Source: Guillardia theta CCMP2712
Taxonomy: Eukaryota > Protista > Cryptophyta
DNA: 64,000 nt
Reading direction: 5' to 3'
NCBI RefSeq assembly: GCF_000315625.1
Contig: NW_005434665.1
Span: 1,066,796-1,130,795 of the forward strand
Under the pieces are notes generated by a model. It saw only the letters and a program-made list of their open reading frames with translations. It was not told the DNA's origin and did no database searches. Within the stretch, counting starts at the first letter, position 1. Each line of letters opens with the position of its first letter. Position numbers and translations under genes: made by a program. Shown here in pieces: positions 11,265-24,683 of this stretch.

Positions 11265-12577
11265 GCTCCTGAGCCCAACCAACCCGCTCACCCCTCCCCC
11301 CCCGCCTCACATTTAACCCCACCCTAGTACCCTCCAAGTCCTTCACTTTCAACCCCCTCCACCCTCCACCCCTCCATCATCAAACATTCTTACCCCACTA
11401 CCCCTACTTTCCTTTCAATTTTCCTTTCCATGTCGTCTTTCCTTTACACCCCACCCCTAAGTCTTATGTCTAAGGCTACCCCCTACCCCCTCCTTCACCA
11501 CACCTGCTGCGAATTCTCGCCCCAAACTTTTTAACCCCCTACCCCTCATGTTAATCACCCACCCCATTTTTGAGGTGTTTCAACCCGGTAGTATCTAGCA
11601 ATAATCTAAACCCCATGGGATCACACCACCCCTCAAGTCCCCTTCAGCTTGCAGCCCCCAATTTTCATCACCCTCGTTCACCATCGCATCATCACCCTCA
11701 TTCACAGCATTACTCCAGCTCATCGCCCTCATTCCCCTCTACGCCTTCTGCTGTCCTCTAGTCCCCCAGTGCGCTACATGCACACAGCTCCATGCTCGTG
11801 CTCGTTCTCCTCTCCTCCCTCCCTCCTCCCTCCCTCCTCCTCTCCTCCCCCTGAAGTATTTCTTCTGCTGCACACCAGCTTCCTCTAACGCGTTCCCCCA
11901 TCTCCTCTCCTCCATCATCTTTGTTCTGTGTATGGTCAGCTCAACTTCCAGATTCCTTCGAAAAGATTTGGATTTCCCTTCCCTTCCTTTCTTTCCACCC
12001 CCTCATCGTCCTTTTCCCTTGATCTCCTCTGAAGACTACGAATCTCATTGTGGCTACATCCCTGATTAGTCTTCCTATCACTTCTGTCTCGTTATCTCGT
12101 GGATTCTTGACGTTTCAACCCTCCACACATTTCATCGGGCCTCCAGCAGTATCTTATTGCTCTCCTTTGTTCTTCTTTTAGAAGCGTCTTTTCTTCCTTC
12201 CTCCTCTTTTGGTGGATGTTGAACGTGTTGCACACCGATGGTTTCTTGAAGAGCATGCTAATAGTAGTGTAAAAGAGATCAGTTGATTAGCTCGACAACC
12301 ATTTGGCCCATGCTCGCCCACGTCGAGTTAAGATTTCGTTTCCATGCTTCGTTCTCTTATATTCATTGAAATCTCAATCGTATGCATTTAGGATGGTTCT
12401 TGTCATCCTGTCCTGTTCATGGCTGATGTTGTTTTTGACATTCTCTCGATAGTCATTTATTGCAATCTAGTGCACAAGCCCACAGTGCCGATGATCTTTG
12501 TTGTTCGACCTGCTCGAGGACCATTACATGAGACTGATGATCGTTTTCTTCCAGTTATTTCAAGAAAGTTAGCGGCC

Positions 12578-13953
12578 ATGCCTAAGGCCGCTGGGGTTGA
12601 GATGAAATCGCTGTTGGCGAACGACAGCGTAGCGAGCGAATCCATGAATTCCATGTCCGCTGATGACAACCCCAACTTGTCTGGCTCGATCGACATCCTA
12701 TGGCAGCTCATTGACGGGATCAAACAAATCAGCGATCATGTGGTGGTGGAAGTGAACAATGAACAGACGCCAGCTCTGATGGAAGAGTTTTTTGAGAAGG
12801 TGTGAATTTTCATTCTCAGTTCTTCGTGATCTCGTTCGTCTGTTGTTTTGCCTGAGGTTGTGGAATAGGTGAATTCCGTCAAGGGGGAAATGAGTTCAAT
12901 AAGGAAAAATATTAACACAATGAAAGAGCTTCAATCCAAAATAATAACTGAGGTTTCCCAAACAAAATCAAAAGGTTGGTAACGAATCGACGATCGTTTG
13001 TAGCTGATATTTTGTGAAAGATCATGCTAGCCGGCTGGAGAGCACTATGAATGAAACTTCGAAGATTGCCAAGAGGGTAAGTCGCACAAGAATCACACCA
13101 ATCTTGCAGCCATGAAATGTGGATAGTGACGTGATTTTTGGTAGATCAAAGATAGCTTGCATGATATGGAATCAGAGAATGAAACATATAAGGAGAAGCA
13201 CGGGGAGGGTTCTTCTCAAGCTAAGATCCACATCAATATTCATGGTTGGTGATTTCAATCCCGAAGAAATCGCCTTGATGAAGCATGCAGGCTCCTTAAC
13301 GAAGAAATTCGTCGAATTGATGCAAGAATACGAAGAAACACAGGGGAAATACAAGTCTCTTCTTCATGAAAGGGTTGAGCGACAGGTATCGTTGGATTTC
13401 TGTCTAATGGTACATGACGACTCAAAGGTCAAAGTTGTAAATCCAAACGCAACAGAAGAAGAAATCAAGCAAGCGGTTGAAAGTGGGGGGAGCGATATCT
13501 TTGCCGACAGACTGCTCTCTAAAGCGGATCAGGTGACAGGCTCTGGACCTTGGTGGCCCCCGAACTAATTCGATTCTCTTTCAGGTTGCATTGAACGCAT
13601 ATGCTGAAGTTCAAAGCAAGCACGAGGAGCTCATGAAGCTTGAGGCCTCCATCCGTGAAGTCCATCAGCTCTTCATGGACATGGCGATCATGGTAGAACA
13701 GCAGGGGGAGATGCTAGACAACATCGAAGAGCTGGTCTCAAAATCTGCTGAGGTTGCTATTTGCTTCTTAGTTCTGTCTCGCACTTGCTGAACCTTTTCT
13801 CAGTATACTGAGAGTGGAGTCGAGCAACTCATACAAGCCAAGAAGCTACAGAAGAAAGCACGCAAGAAGATGTGTTGTCTGGTCGTATGCTTCACAGTCG
13901 GTCTCCTTATCATGCTCTCCTTCGTCACGAATTTCTTGATTCCTAGAATATAA
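12578..13953 (+). CDS. Syntaxin (Qa-SNARE, syntaxin-1/SYP1 plasma-membrane type)
   Basis: SNARE motif KHEELMKLEASIREVHQLFMDMAIMVEQQGEMLDNIE, Habc region, and C-terminal TM RKKMCCLVVCFTVGLLIMLSF. Confidence 0.92.
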
Positions 13954-14263
13954 ATTATTAATTTCGCGTTCATCGAACCCTCAACAGCTGCTATGCTCGT
14001 CACGTATGATCCGTTCAATCCCGCTGACAAGTTTTGGAAGCAATGATAGGCAACGATAGGAGCTAATGTGAGGGGCGAAGTCAAAGGGAGTATGTTAGTG
14101 AGCTTCCTTGAGACGGTATAAGTTGCTTCTGATTCATTATGTATTCATGTAAGGCTGATGCTTCTTTCAACCTCGTGCACACGGAACGCTTCGCCCTGTG
14201 GCTCAAACCTTGGGTGTGGCAAAAATAAAGTTCTATACAGTGATCACATCGGAGATGAATAAT

Positions 14264-15151
14264 TTAACGAGAGAGGGACTCCTGAATCGACTGCTTCTTG
14301 GGAGGCAGCCCAGCTTCGCGAGAGAGGTGATCATTCTCCTCTTGCAACTCCTGCACTCACGTCACGCCGTCGACTTCACCTCCCCCGACAACCACCTGAT
14401 TCTGGCGCTCTAGCTCCACTTTACGTAGAGTCAGGGCCTCAGCATCTGATTGCAGCTTCCTGATAAAGTCGATGGCCTCGTTCAAGATGGTCGCCTTGTC
14501 CACCGGCGCCTCTCGACAGCCAGGCAGGAGCTCTTTCAGCTCGTTCATCTTGTCGTTTATTCTTTGCCTCCTCTTCTGCTCCGTTGCATTGTGCGACTCC
14601 TTCCTCCTCTGCGTCTGACCGAGAGGATTCATCCCCACAGGACTGCCATCCTGTTCTCCCGAGGCCCTGCAAGCTCATGCGTTAGGAGAGCAGGTCGCTA
14701 CAGTTAGGTAGAAGTAGCTTTCACCTGCGCTTTAGTCCCGAACTGACGGGCATGTGATTCAAGAGGCTGCTGTTGCTCGGCTGCGTCCAGCCAGCATCTG
14801 CAGCGAAGGCTTGGACCACAGGGATGTGATTCACGACTGTGATGGTGCCGGGAGGTCCTTGAGCTGAGCTAGTCAGAGGCATGGAGACTCCTCCTGCTAG
14901 GGCCACTGCGAGCAGTCAACAGCACTGCAAGTGAAACGACACTGCAAGATTTCAAGAAGGTACACGTATGTTGGGGGGATTGGAAGTGAGAGAGAGCATC
15001 GAACTCTTTCCTTACCTTGGGACATGATCTGCGAGTTGGGTTGACCGCTCAGAGCACTGACGACTGAGACAGGAGACGTGACGGGGTTCGTAGATAGATA
15101 TGCGTGAGCAACGCTTGGCGGAGGCACTGCAGGGGCTGTAGCCATGCTCAA
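14264..15151 (-). CDS. bHLH-leucine zipper transcription factor (USF/Max/TFE-like); 5' end uncertain
   Basis: RKESHNATEQKRRQRINDKMNELKELLP...DKATILNEAIDFIRKLQ followed by heptad repeats. Confidence 0.9.
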
Positions 15152-15925
15152 GGCAGGAGCCAGCTATACCCAAACAGCTAAGCGAGGTTCTAGGGAATGG
15201 CTATGAAGAGAACTGTCAAAAAGATCAGTCCCTTGTCGCCAATAAGAAAGAATGGAGTTAACTATAATTGAAGAAAGACTCTATGAAACACCCCCATCAG
15301 GTGCAAAGCATAGTTGACACATAAACAATAGTCTTCAACAGATATTGTATAAGTTCAATATCATCCTCTTCACATCATATTCCTAGCGCCTTGCAAAATG
15401 CCTTGCTAAGTGCCTTCCTGAAATCTATTTTCATTCGTTTCTTCGGACTGCCATACTTATCCATCCCTCTGCTCTCTCCGTCCCCTACTGTTCGCCTCTC
15501 GCTCGAGGCCTGTCCTCTTTCGCCAGCATTCCTCCCTATCCTCGCACTCCACCTCTAACTCCTTGCTCTGTGTTTGAATTTCTGCTTATTTTCTTCATAA
15601 GTACACCAGTGCAGTCGCATCCAAACTGGATTTTTCTCCTTCCTCCTCCTTGTGTTTCCCTTCCTGTACCTTACATCTTATCATATGCTCAAGTTTCCTT
15701 TCAGCTACTCTTCCATCGCACGCCGTACACTCCATTGCTGTACTTTGCTTTGCCCCACTCTGCCATTTTGTTCTCCTTCCTTCTATTCCCTGCCTCGCCT
15801 CAGCTCGCCTTGCATCGCCTTGCCTGGCCTTGCATCTCCCTTCCTCTCGCCATGCCCTGTCTCTGGCGCTCATGGCTTCTCATCTTCGCCCTCCTTCCCT
15901 CCTGCGCCTCATGTTTGTTCACCAT

Positions 15926-15957
15926 GGCGATCACGTGTCATTAGACACGTGATCGCC
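15926..15957. promoter_or_regulatory. Perfect 14-bp inverted repeat containing two CACGTG E-boxes
   Basis: GGCGATCACGTGTC-ATTA-GACACGTGATCGCC. The structure is seen directly; regulatory function is inferred. Confidence 0.6.
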
Positions 15958-17036
15958 GCCATGATAGTTGTAAAGTTATTTGAAATTTTGTTCAATTGTA
16001 CGTAATTGGGTTTGTCAAAATTGGAAATTTACTACATTGATTTCATTCTTCTAATGGAAATGTGACCGCACGGTTACTGATCATAATTTGAACAGCATAC
16101 TCCGAAATGTCCAAGTATTGTTTGAATTTTCCAAATTTCTGTTCAAGAAATTTGAAAGAGGGCAGCAACCTTTTCCCGCTACTTTTATTTACTTTACATT
16201 TTAATTTTGAAACTTCCTGGATATAATTTCAATATAAACGAACCAGCTTTGAATTTTACAATGAAGCCCGCTGCCGGCGGCCCGGGCCCGGGGCCGCGCA
16301 CTGAAGTATCCTCTGAGGCGGACGTCCTATTAACCGTCGTGATCTCAGGGGGTGGGTGCAACTCTAATTTGCAGGTAGGGGTAGTTACATACCCATGTGA
16401 AGATGATAGGGACTAGGGAAATCAGAAAGGAAAAATGGGGGTAGGGGGTAGTCAAAGTAGGGGTGGGGATGCTGTTCTGTGGGCAGTGGGGTAGAGGCAA
16501 CGGCTGGTCGGGCGCCATGGAGGAAGGAGCGGGATTCGAATGATAGAAGGAGGAGGATGGAAACTAGGGAGAGGAAGGAGAAGAATGAGGGGCAGAAGAT
16601 GAACAAGATGGGAGAGATCACGAGATCATGTTGGTGGTGGGAGATGATGGAGTGGCAGGGGAGGCAGAAAGGAGGGAAACGAGGGATAAACAAGATCCCG
16701 ATGTTTCGTTTGCAGGTAAAATGCTGAAGTTCGCAAAGGTTGGCACTGGGCTCTATTGTTCGAGTGAGAAAGTTACCATCGATAGAGCATAGGAAATAGT
16801 AGCAGACAAGTTGTGAGGTGCAAACTCTTAGAGCCCAGCTATATCCTTAGCAGGAATCTGCGGATTGTGGTATTTGTTGTGCATGCATTCAATCTGTCGA
16901 ACAGACATACAGAATCTGACTGTGTTTGCAAGTAGACAGAGAGACAGTCTTCCAGCAAGGCGCCTGATCTTACAACTGTTCCTCCAGGATCCTGTCATGT
17001 TTCTAGAGAGATAGCTCGACAAAGCTTTTGACAGCC

Positions 17037-20000
17037 ATGTCTTTGTTGGAAACTCGGAGCAAGACTGGCTCGAGGAGCGATGTTCGCCTCAGCAAGGTGG
17101 TTCCAGAAGTTCTGAGCAGAGAGAGCCGCGCGCGTCGTTACGGCATCGACTGCCCAAGTGAACTGCACTGGCATGCTAAGGAGCCGGGGGGCGACTACAA
17201 GCAGAAGCTGACTATCAAGAACGTGTCCACGCAAGTGATCAAGTTCAAGTACAAACTTCCTGAGACGAGCTTCTTCTTCATGAAGTTTCCTGACCTCTTC
17301 ACGCTGAATCCTGGCATGGCGGCTTCGATTGATGTAAACTTCCGTCCTATCAGGAGTGAGCCGTACGACGACGTCATCGAGTTCATTACCACTCAGGGCA
17401 ATTTCTTCATAAGGGTCATTGCTACCATGCCCGAGCACGGGGTGAAGATGCAGGAGCATCTTGATTTCGGGTTTGCTACCGTGAAGGAGGAGAGTACAAG
17501 GACGTTTGTTCTGCGGAACATAGGGGAGGTGAACGCCCCGTTTGAATTGTTGTCTGAAGCCCCTTTCGACGTCAGTCCTAAAGAAGGAGTGATTCTTCCC
17601 GGCAAGACCATGACAGTCAAGATCAGCTTCTTTCCCACAGAGGCGTCAGTGTACGTTGGAACGATCGTGTGCAAGCAGCCCATCCCTCGCCCAGCCCTAG
17701 TGATGAAGATCAGCGGGATCGGGAAAATACCTTTCGTCGCCATCTCGAAATCTGAAGTGAACTTTGGTACGGTTTTGACCGGCCGGGCAGTGAACGAGGT
17801 GATTGGCTGGCTGCGCTTCCTTAGAGCATTTCTATATGTTGCTGAACGACGATCGCAGGAAGTGATCCTTACCAACACTTCACTGGTCCCTGTGTCCTTC
17901 GAATTGAACCCAATTCCGCACGATCATGACCCAGTATTTCATTGGAAGATTGTGGGAGCAGCCATGCTAGTCTGGCTCTTGCTGAAGTCTGTTACAGGTC
18001 AAGGGAAAAATCCCAGCAGATGGCAGCCTGGCGCTGCAAGTGACGTACACTCCCATCTCCACCGGTGAGGAGCAGCTGGAGGGGTCGAGGACTGAGGACT
18101 GGTTGCTCCAGGGTCCTTCGATTGTGACTACTTCGAGATTGTGACTCCGGGAGGAAACATCCAGAAGATCTGCTGTACTCTCGCTCTGCCGCCTCCTGCG
18201 CTTGCGACTGATAGAGCTTCGAACTATCAGGCAAGGGATTCGCTGAGCCGCACTCTGTGGAGATCGACAGGAGCAGCATCAACTTTGGCAACCTGGAGCT
18301 GGGAAAGGTAATGGAGACTCTGAAGACGACTGGCTTATTCTTGATCCTTCAAGGTATCATTGAGAACTTTGGAGATCCGCAACAACACCAAGGAGAAAGC
18401 TTTCTACCAGTTCATCACTGAGTCCATGGGATGTTTCGAATTCTCAAGTATTCTTTGCTTGGTCGCTCCGAATCATCCTGATGTGGTTGAGCAGGAACGG
18501 ACGGAAGCATCATTCAGGAGAGCAGCGTGAACGTTGACATCAGGTTCACTGCCCGGGTGCCTGGGAACTTCTACCGTCGCATCTTCATCCTCATCAAGAA
18601 CCAAGGGCCCCTCTACCTCGACCTCACTGCTACCGCGTACGTTCCGTTGGCTGACTCCTGTTCTCCTCGCCTCTCACACTCGCATCCTTGCGCTTACAGG
18701 TACCATCAAAACCAAGATCAGGTGCCTCGACCGATGCCGCTCGCGCAGAAGCATGTCGACTTGTACCGCACGCGTCAAATGATGGAGGGGACGGCGCATG
18801 CTCGGGCTATCCACGAAGTGACCTCCTCCAACAACCCCACGAGCGTGATATGGAACGAGTTCTTTCTGGACGACACAGACAGCAGGCGGGAGATCTTTCT
18901 GCTGGAGCAGCACGTGGAGTTTGGAGCGGCTTCTGAGGTTGGGGTGGGAGACTACAAGCAGATCACAGTGCACAACAACACGGATGTGAAGCAGACAGCC
19001 ATGTTCATGATCCCTCCTGACAACTACATCCGGCAGCCCGATGGGGCCGGGGAGATCACCATGACGGTAAGTTCCCTCTCCTCCTCCGCCCTCCTCGCCC
19101 TGACGTTAGAATGCTGTTGCAGACGTTGGGGCCTGTCCTGAAGCCTCTGGAAACTTGTTTTAAAGTGTTTCCCGAGAAGGCAGACGTGTTGCCGAAGAGC
19201 AGCACCACCTTCAAGGTCGCCTTCCGCCCCGAGTATCGCAACGCCTACTACGCGCAGGCCATTGAGATCTTCGTCTTCCCCAAGACCCAGCGGAACTTTC
19301 GCCTAGTCACGGACGAGAACTTCGTCCCTCCTCACTGCGTTACCCCCGTCTGCAGCGGCAACACGTTTCCGGTCGGCATGGAAGCGTTCACGCCGAAGCT
19401 GCGGGTGCCGAGCACGAGGATCAGCTTCCCAGCATGCGCTGTGAGCGACAAGGCGTACCAGATCATCGAGATGTACAACGATGCGGACACGCCGCTGCGA
19501 TACCTCTTCGACGAGGACCAGACTGGCGTCTTTCGCTGCAAGCCCAACAACGGGCTGATCATGCCGCATTGCGCGCAGCTCGTCGCGTTCATGTTCTGCC
19601 CGCTGGAGGCGAAGCGGTACGAGCACGTGACGACGTGCGTCATGAACGGGAGCTCCGTGCATGCAGTGAAGCTGACGCTCATCGGGAGCGGCAACGCGAC
19701 GTCGATCGAGCTGGAGACGAATCACCTCCAGGTGAAGCCCACCTGCGTCGGGTCCGTGACCTCGAGAGCGATCGAGATGAAGAACCCGACGGGGATTCCC
19801 ATCCTCTTCTCCTGCCTTGTGCCTGAGAGCTGCTCCCGCGTCCTCGTGGTCGAGCCTGACCGCGGAATCCTCCGTGGCAACGAGAAGGTCAGCCTGTTTG
19901 TTCACTTCGCGCCGAGACGGGAGGGATCGTACAGCCTCAAGGTTCCCATCCAGATCGACCAGGCCAAGGTGCGGAACCTGGCGGATGCGGAGATGGGGGA

Positions 20001-23000
20001 GGCGGAGGACCTTGATGAGACGTTCTCCCCGAGGCAGCAGAGGAGGAGCGTCCCCTCCAAGCAGACGGTCCATCTCAACGTGTACGGGGTTGGGACGGTA
20101 GGAGCCGTGACGTTCGAGCCAGAGACGGTTGACTTCGGGACGCTGGTGGTGGGGACGCAGGTGTCGCGGGTGATCAAGTTGGTCAACCACTCGGACTGTA
20201 CCATGTACCACAATATCACCTCGAGCATGGAGAAGAACTTGGAGTACAAGGACGGCAAAGGCTTTATCTCTGCCTTCTCCACCAAGAGAGTCACTATCTG
20301 CTTCACCCCCAGTGAGAGGAAGTACTACAACGTCACCATCACCTGCCGGCTCTCCACCAGCTCCGAGTCGCTCGTCACTGGCGACCATGGGCCGAACCGA
20401 ACGGGAATACAGCTCCTCCAGGTCCCCTGACCCCCTGATCCTGCCCCTGTCTCTCCTCCTTCCCCTCCTCCTTCCCTCCACCTTCCTTCCAATGTCCTTC
20501 CTCCTTCCCCTTCTCCTCTGCTCCTTCCCCTGCCCCTGTCTGTCCTCCGTACTGCTGCCCACCCACCATCCCCAGTGCCTTCCCATGTCTTCTGACACTT
20601 GATGTCCACCAGGCGCTGGAGTTTGAGGATGCGCCTCAGTGTCAGGTGCTAGGCAACGCAGTGTATCCCGTCCTCTCGATCGTGGACGCGAGGGCGGCAG
20701 GGAGCGTGTTCAACCCGATCTCCTCCTCCCGGGTGTGGAGGGAGTTCAGCCTGATGAAGATGAACAAGGAGCTGTCGTCGGATCTCAACAGGAAGGAGGT
20801 CAAGTGGAACAAGGCTGAGATCGATGAGACCGATCCGACCAAAGTGTTGCAAGTGATGGAAATGAGGTTTGAGGTCAAAGAGCAGGGCTACCCCCCCAGC
20901 ATGAACATCCTCCGACTCAAGAACACTGGCGTGCTCGCCCTCGACTTCCTCCTCAAGTTCCCCAAGGATGATGAAGATGAGCCTGAGAACTGGGTGGACA
21001 AAGATCTACAGGTCTGCTCCTTTTCCACCCCCCCTCTCTCCCCACCCCCTTCTTTCTCCCTCCTTCCCTCCTTCCCACCTCCCCACCTCCCCCTTTTCTC
21101 CCCCAACTCCACCCCCCTTGATCTTGATCTCCCCCACATTTCCTTTCTGTACTCCGGCCACATCCTCTGTCAGTCTTTCCTTCTGTCCTCCTCTTCCTCC
21201 CTCTCTTCTCCCTCCCCTCCTCCTTCCTCAACACAACATCGCATTGAAGTGATCGCTACAGGGCGAGGAGGAGCTGACTCTCAACATGATCCTTGAGAAC
21301 AAGCTCTTCCTCTGCGAGCCTCGCAGGGGACACTTGGAGGTGGGAGAGGAAGTAGATCTCATCCTCTCCTACAAGCACCTCATGGCCACTAAGGAGTTCC
21401 GCCTCCCAGTCGTGCTCAACATCTGCGAGCTGCCTGCAGCAGGAGGCGTTCTCAACACAGGAAAGCAGATCGTTCTCTCCCTCATTGGTCAGACTCTGGC
21501 CATCGCCGAAGCTTACCTGCACCTCCCTGCTCCCGATGCTCAGCACTACAAGCACCTCGAGTGGGGCTTCGAGAAGACCCCCATAGGGCTGATTTCTCCT
21601 CCCATCCAGTACTACAAGCTCGAGAACCTTGGACAGGTGAGGTTGGGGGTTGAGAGAAGGAGAGCTGAATGGGGTCAGGAGGGAGTTGAGGGAGGGTTGT
21701 AAGTAGAAGGGAGGGGAGTAGGTGGAGAAGTTGAGGAGAAGGCAAAGACCGAGGTGGAACAGTGCAGGCAGGCACGAGGGGGAGGAGGAGGAGGAGGAGG
21801 AGGAGGAGGAGGAGGAGGAGGAGGAGGAGGAGGAGGAGGAGTGGTGGTGGTGGTTGCTGAGAGGAAGGGTTGAAGGTACCGCTGGACTATCACGTGGACA
21901 TGAGCGAGGTGGAGAAACTGAACGCGGAGAACTTTGGCTTCGACGTGGTCACTTGTCTCGACAACACCGACTGGCACCTCGAACCCGGCGAGAGCGTCAC
22001 CATGCGTTGGGTCTTCAACCCCCTTGAGGCGAAGGTAAAGGAGTAAGGAGGAGGAGGAGGAGGAGGAAGGGGTGGGGGGGGGGTGGAGGGTAACTGAGCA
22101 GAGGAGGATGGTGGAAGAGGAGGATGTTTCAAGAAGGAGGATGAGGAGGAGTGAGATTGAAGAGAGCGAGTTTCAAGGACATTTTGGTGTTTAGGAGGAG
22201 GCAAAGAGTAGCGTGTTGACTTGTTCCTGCAGATGTACACGTGGCAGCTTCCTATCTCAGTTTACAGCGGGGAGAGTGGGGGGGAAACGCACGTCGTCAA
22301 GTTTTACGCTGAGGGATGCCAGCCCAGCGTGCACAGCAACCCTGAGACAACCGTATGGCAGATGCCGTCGTCTCAGGTCCCCTGCTCCCCTCCCCTCCCC
22401 TTTCCTCTTTTCTCCTCTCCACTCGTCTTGCTCATCTGCTGTCCTTGCTGCTCCTGTTCTCCTCTCCTCTCCTCCCCTCTCTCATCTGCTCCACAGATCA
22501 TGCCGACGCCCAACCAGCTGGTCTTGATGACGGCGGAGAGATTCTGCATGGGCAACATCCCGCTCGGCGCGACGATCCACCGGATGATCATCCTGACCAA
22601 CTTCAGTCACGAGCAGGTCATGATATTCAACTTCGACCTGGACGGGGAGCTTGCGAAGCAGATGGTAGTCCTGCATCCCCAGAGCGGCGAGATTGACCCG
22701 CTCTCGCACGTTGTTGTCAAGATGACCGTGCGCTGTATGACCTCCAGCATCCTTGACTTCGATGTGCCTTGCATGGTGAGCATGATACTGTAGACGCAAT
22801 TGTTCCTCCTCCTCTTCCTGCTCCTACTCCTCCACCACCTTGTCCTCCTGTCCTTCCCCACCACCACCACCACCACCACCTCGTCCTCCTCGCCTCCGTG
22901 TTGCTCGTCACTTCCTCGCACTGATTTGCTACCCGGTGCAGGTGGCACCGAAGCAAGAGCCTGAGGAGGAGAACGAGGACCTAGCAGACGACAACGAAGA

Positions 23001-24669
23001 CGCTGCACCGCCTCCTACTAGCGGGACTGGCCGGCCATCGACAGGCATCGCGCAGTCAGTATCAGGAGGGTCAGTCGCTGGGACAGCGAAGAGCGCGAGG
23101 AGGAGGAAGAGAACGTCAGTGATAGAGCTTCCTCCTCCCATGCGCAGCTCCGTGAGGCAGAGACACGGGGGCACGCGGGGCTTCGTGAGCTTCCAGGAGA
23201 GGAATGACGGGAAAGACAGCGGCAACCGAACGCAGGTAGGGAGGACGAGGGATCAGGAAGGGGAGGATGGGAGAGGAGGAGAGAAGGATGGGGAAGGGAG
23301 AGGGGAAGGGAAGGACGGGGGAGGGGGACGGGGAGGGAGGAGGCGACCTTTCCCCTTGTAACTGTGCTCGCTTGCAAGCAGTCCTTCATGGACGACGCGG
23401 CGAGCGTGAAGAGCGGGTCGAGCAGAATCAGCGCGGCTACCGCCCAAACCTCCGTGTCCATGGCGAGCGCTCTCTCCTCAGTGAGCAGGCAGACGGGGAT
23501 CGGGTCGCACATGGATCAGGTGAGACGATCGGGTGAGTTGCTGAGCGGCTGACGAGAGGAGCAGGAGGACGACGACGAGAGCTCCGAGCAGTATCTCTTC
23601 CTCTCCCTTCAAGCTCACGTCCGACCCCCAGAGCAACATCGTTCCCTGCATGAAAACAACCACGTGAGTGTGCTTTGCTCTGCCCCCCCCCCCCTCCCCT
23701 TCCCCTTCCCCTGTCTCCGATCTCACTCCTGTGCAGTTCTTCTGGTTCCCCAAGTCTAGTTTCTCCTCCCCGGACGGTATCTCCCCCAACCTGCGTCTCC
23801 CCACCACCGCCTCTAGTGCGACCAGCGACCGCCGCAGCCCCTCGCTTGCTAGCGGCAACGATCAGAGTCCTGCTAGCACAGCCACGGGCACCCGAGGAAA
23901 CAGCGCTGCTGGCTCGCGCCCCTCCACCAGGGACGCCAGCCAGGTGAGAGGAGGAGTGTGGAGGAGCACTTGAACTGACAGGGCAACAGCAAGCGCAGCT
24001 GCGCGCCAAGGTCACGGAGGGGATTCTGGAGCAGTTGCTCAACGACATCATCAACGACGACCAGGTGCCTGAGGTCTGTGCTCTAGAGCCCCTGCTGACC
24101 TCCGAGCAGATCCTCAACTCCTTCACCCAGCTGGAGGAGGCGCCGGTCCCGTGCTTTGTGCAGGTAAGAAACCAGTGGGAGAGTCTGGAGCGCTGAAGGG
24201 AAAGCGGCAGGTTGCCAAGAGGCCTCCTGCGATCTTCCAGTGCGAGGAAGCGTCGAGGTGAGACCTCCTCGTCAAGCTCTTGTAGCTGACTGCAGATGGA
24301 AGCAGAGGGGAGGCAGAGGCGGTCGCGGATGCCGCTGAGGTTCGTTCATCTCTGCCTGTGCTCGTTCGTGACATGCTGTCTGGCTCAGAAGGCTCACGAG
24401 GGAAGGAAGCGACGGGTTTACGCGGGCATCGACGTCCCCGGGCATAGCGCAGAGGTAATAGCGTGCTAATTTCAGAGGAATAGTGCTGACCTACTTGCTC
24501 CCAGGTACCGTTGGAGTTGACGGAGGAAGAAGAGGAGGAGCTACAGAGGGACACAAGGAGGAGGACGGCCATGAGCATGCCGGAGTTTGAGAACCTGGCA
24601 GCCTTTGTGCTGAACGCGTGTATCTTTAACTTTTTGGAGGAGCTGACCTATGGAGAGGAACAATTATGA
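17037..24669 (+). CDS. CFAP65: Cilia- and flagella-associated protein 65 (CCDC108)-like, multiple ASH/MSP Ig-like domains
   Basis: N-terminal YGIDCPSELHW...KLTIKNVSTQVIKFKYKLPETSFF, repeated 'VDFG...LxN' ASH domains, RNFRLVTDENFVPP, and a long multi-exon structure. Confidence 0.85.
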
Positions 24670-24683
24670 AGTACAAGGTCTCT

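Noticed and set aside
19303-20598. 431-aa antisense ORF
   Set aside because: Shadow ORF of the GC3-rich CFAP65 exon with no recognisable motifs.
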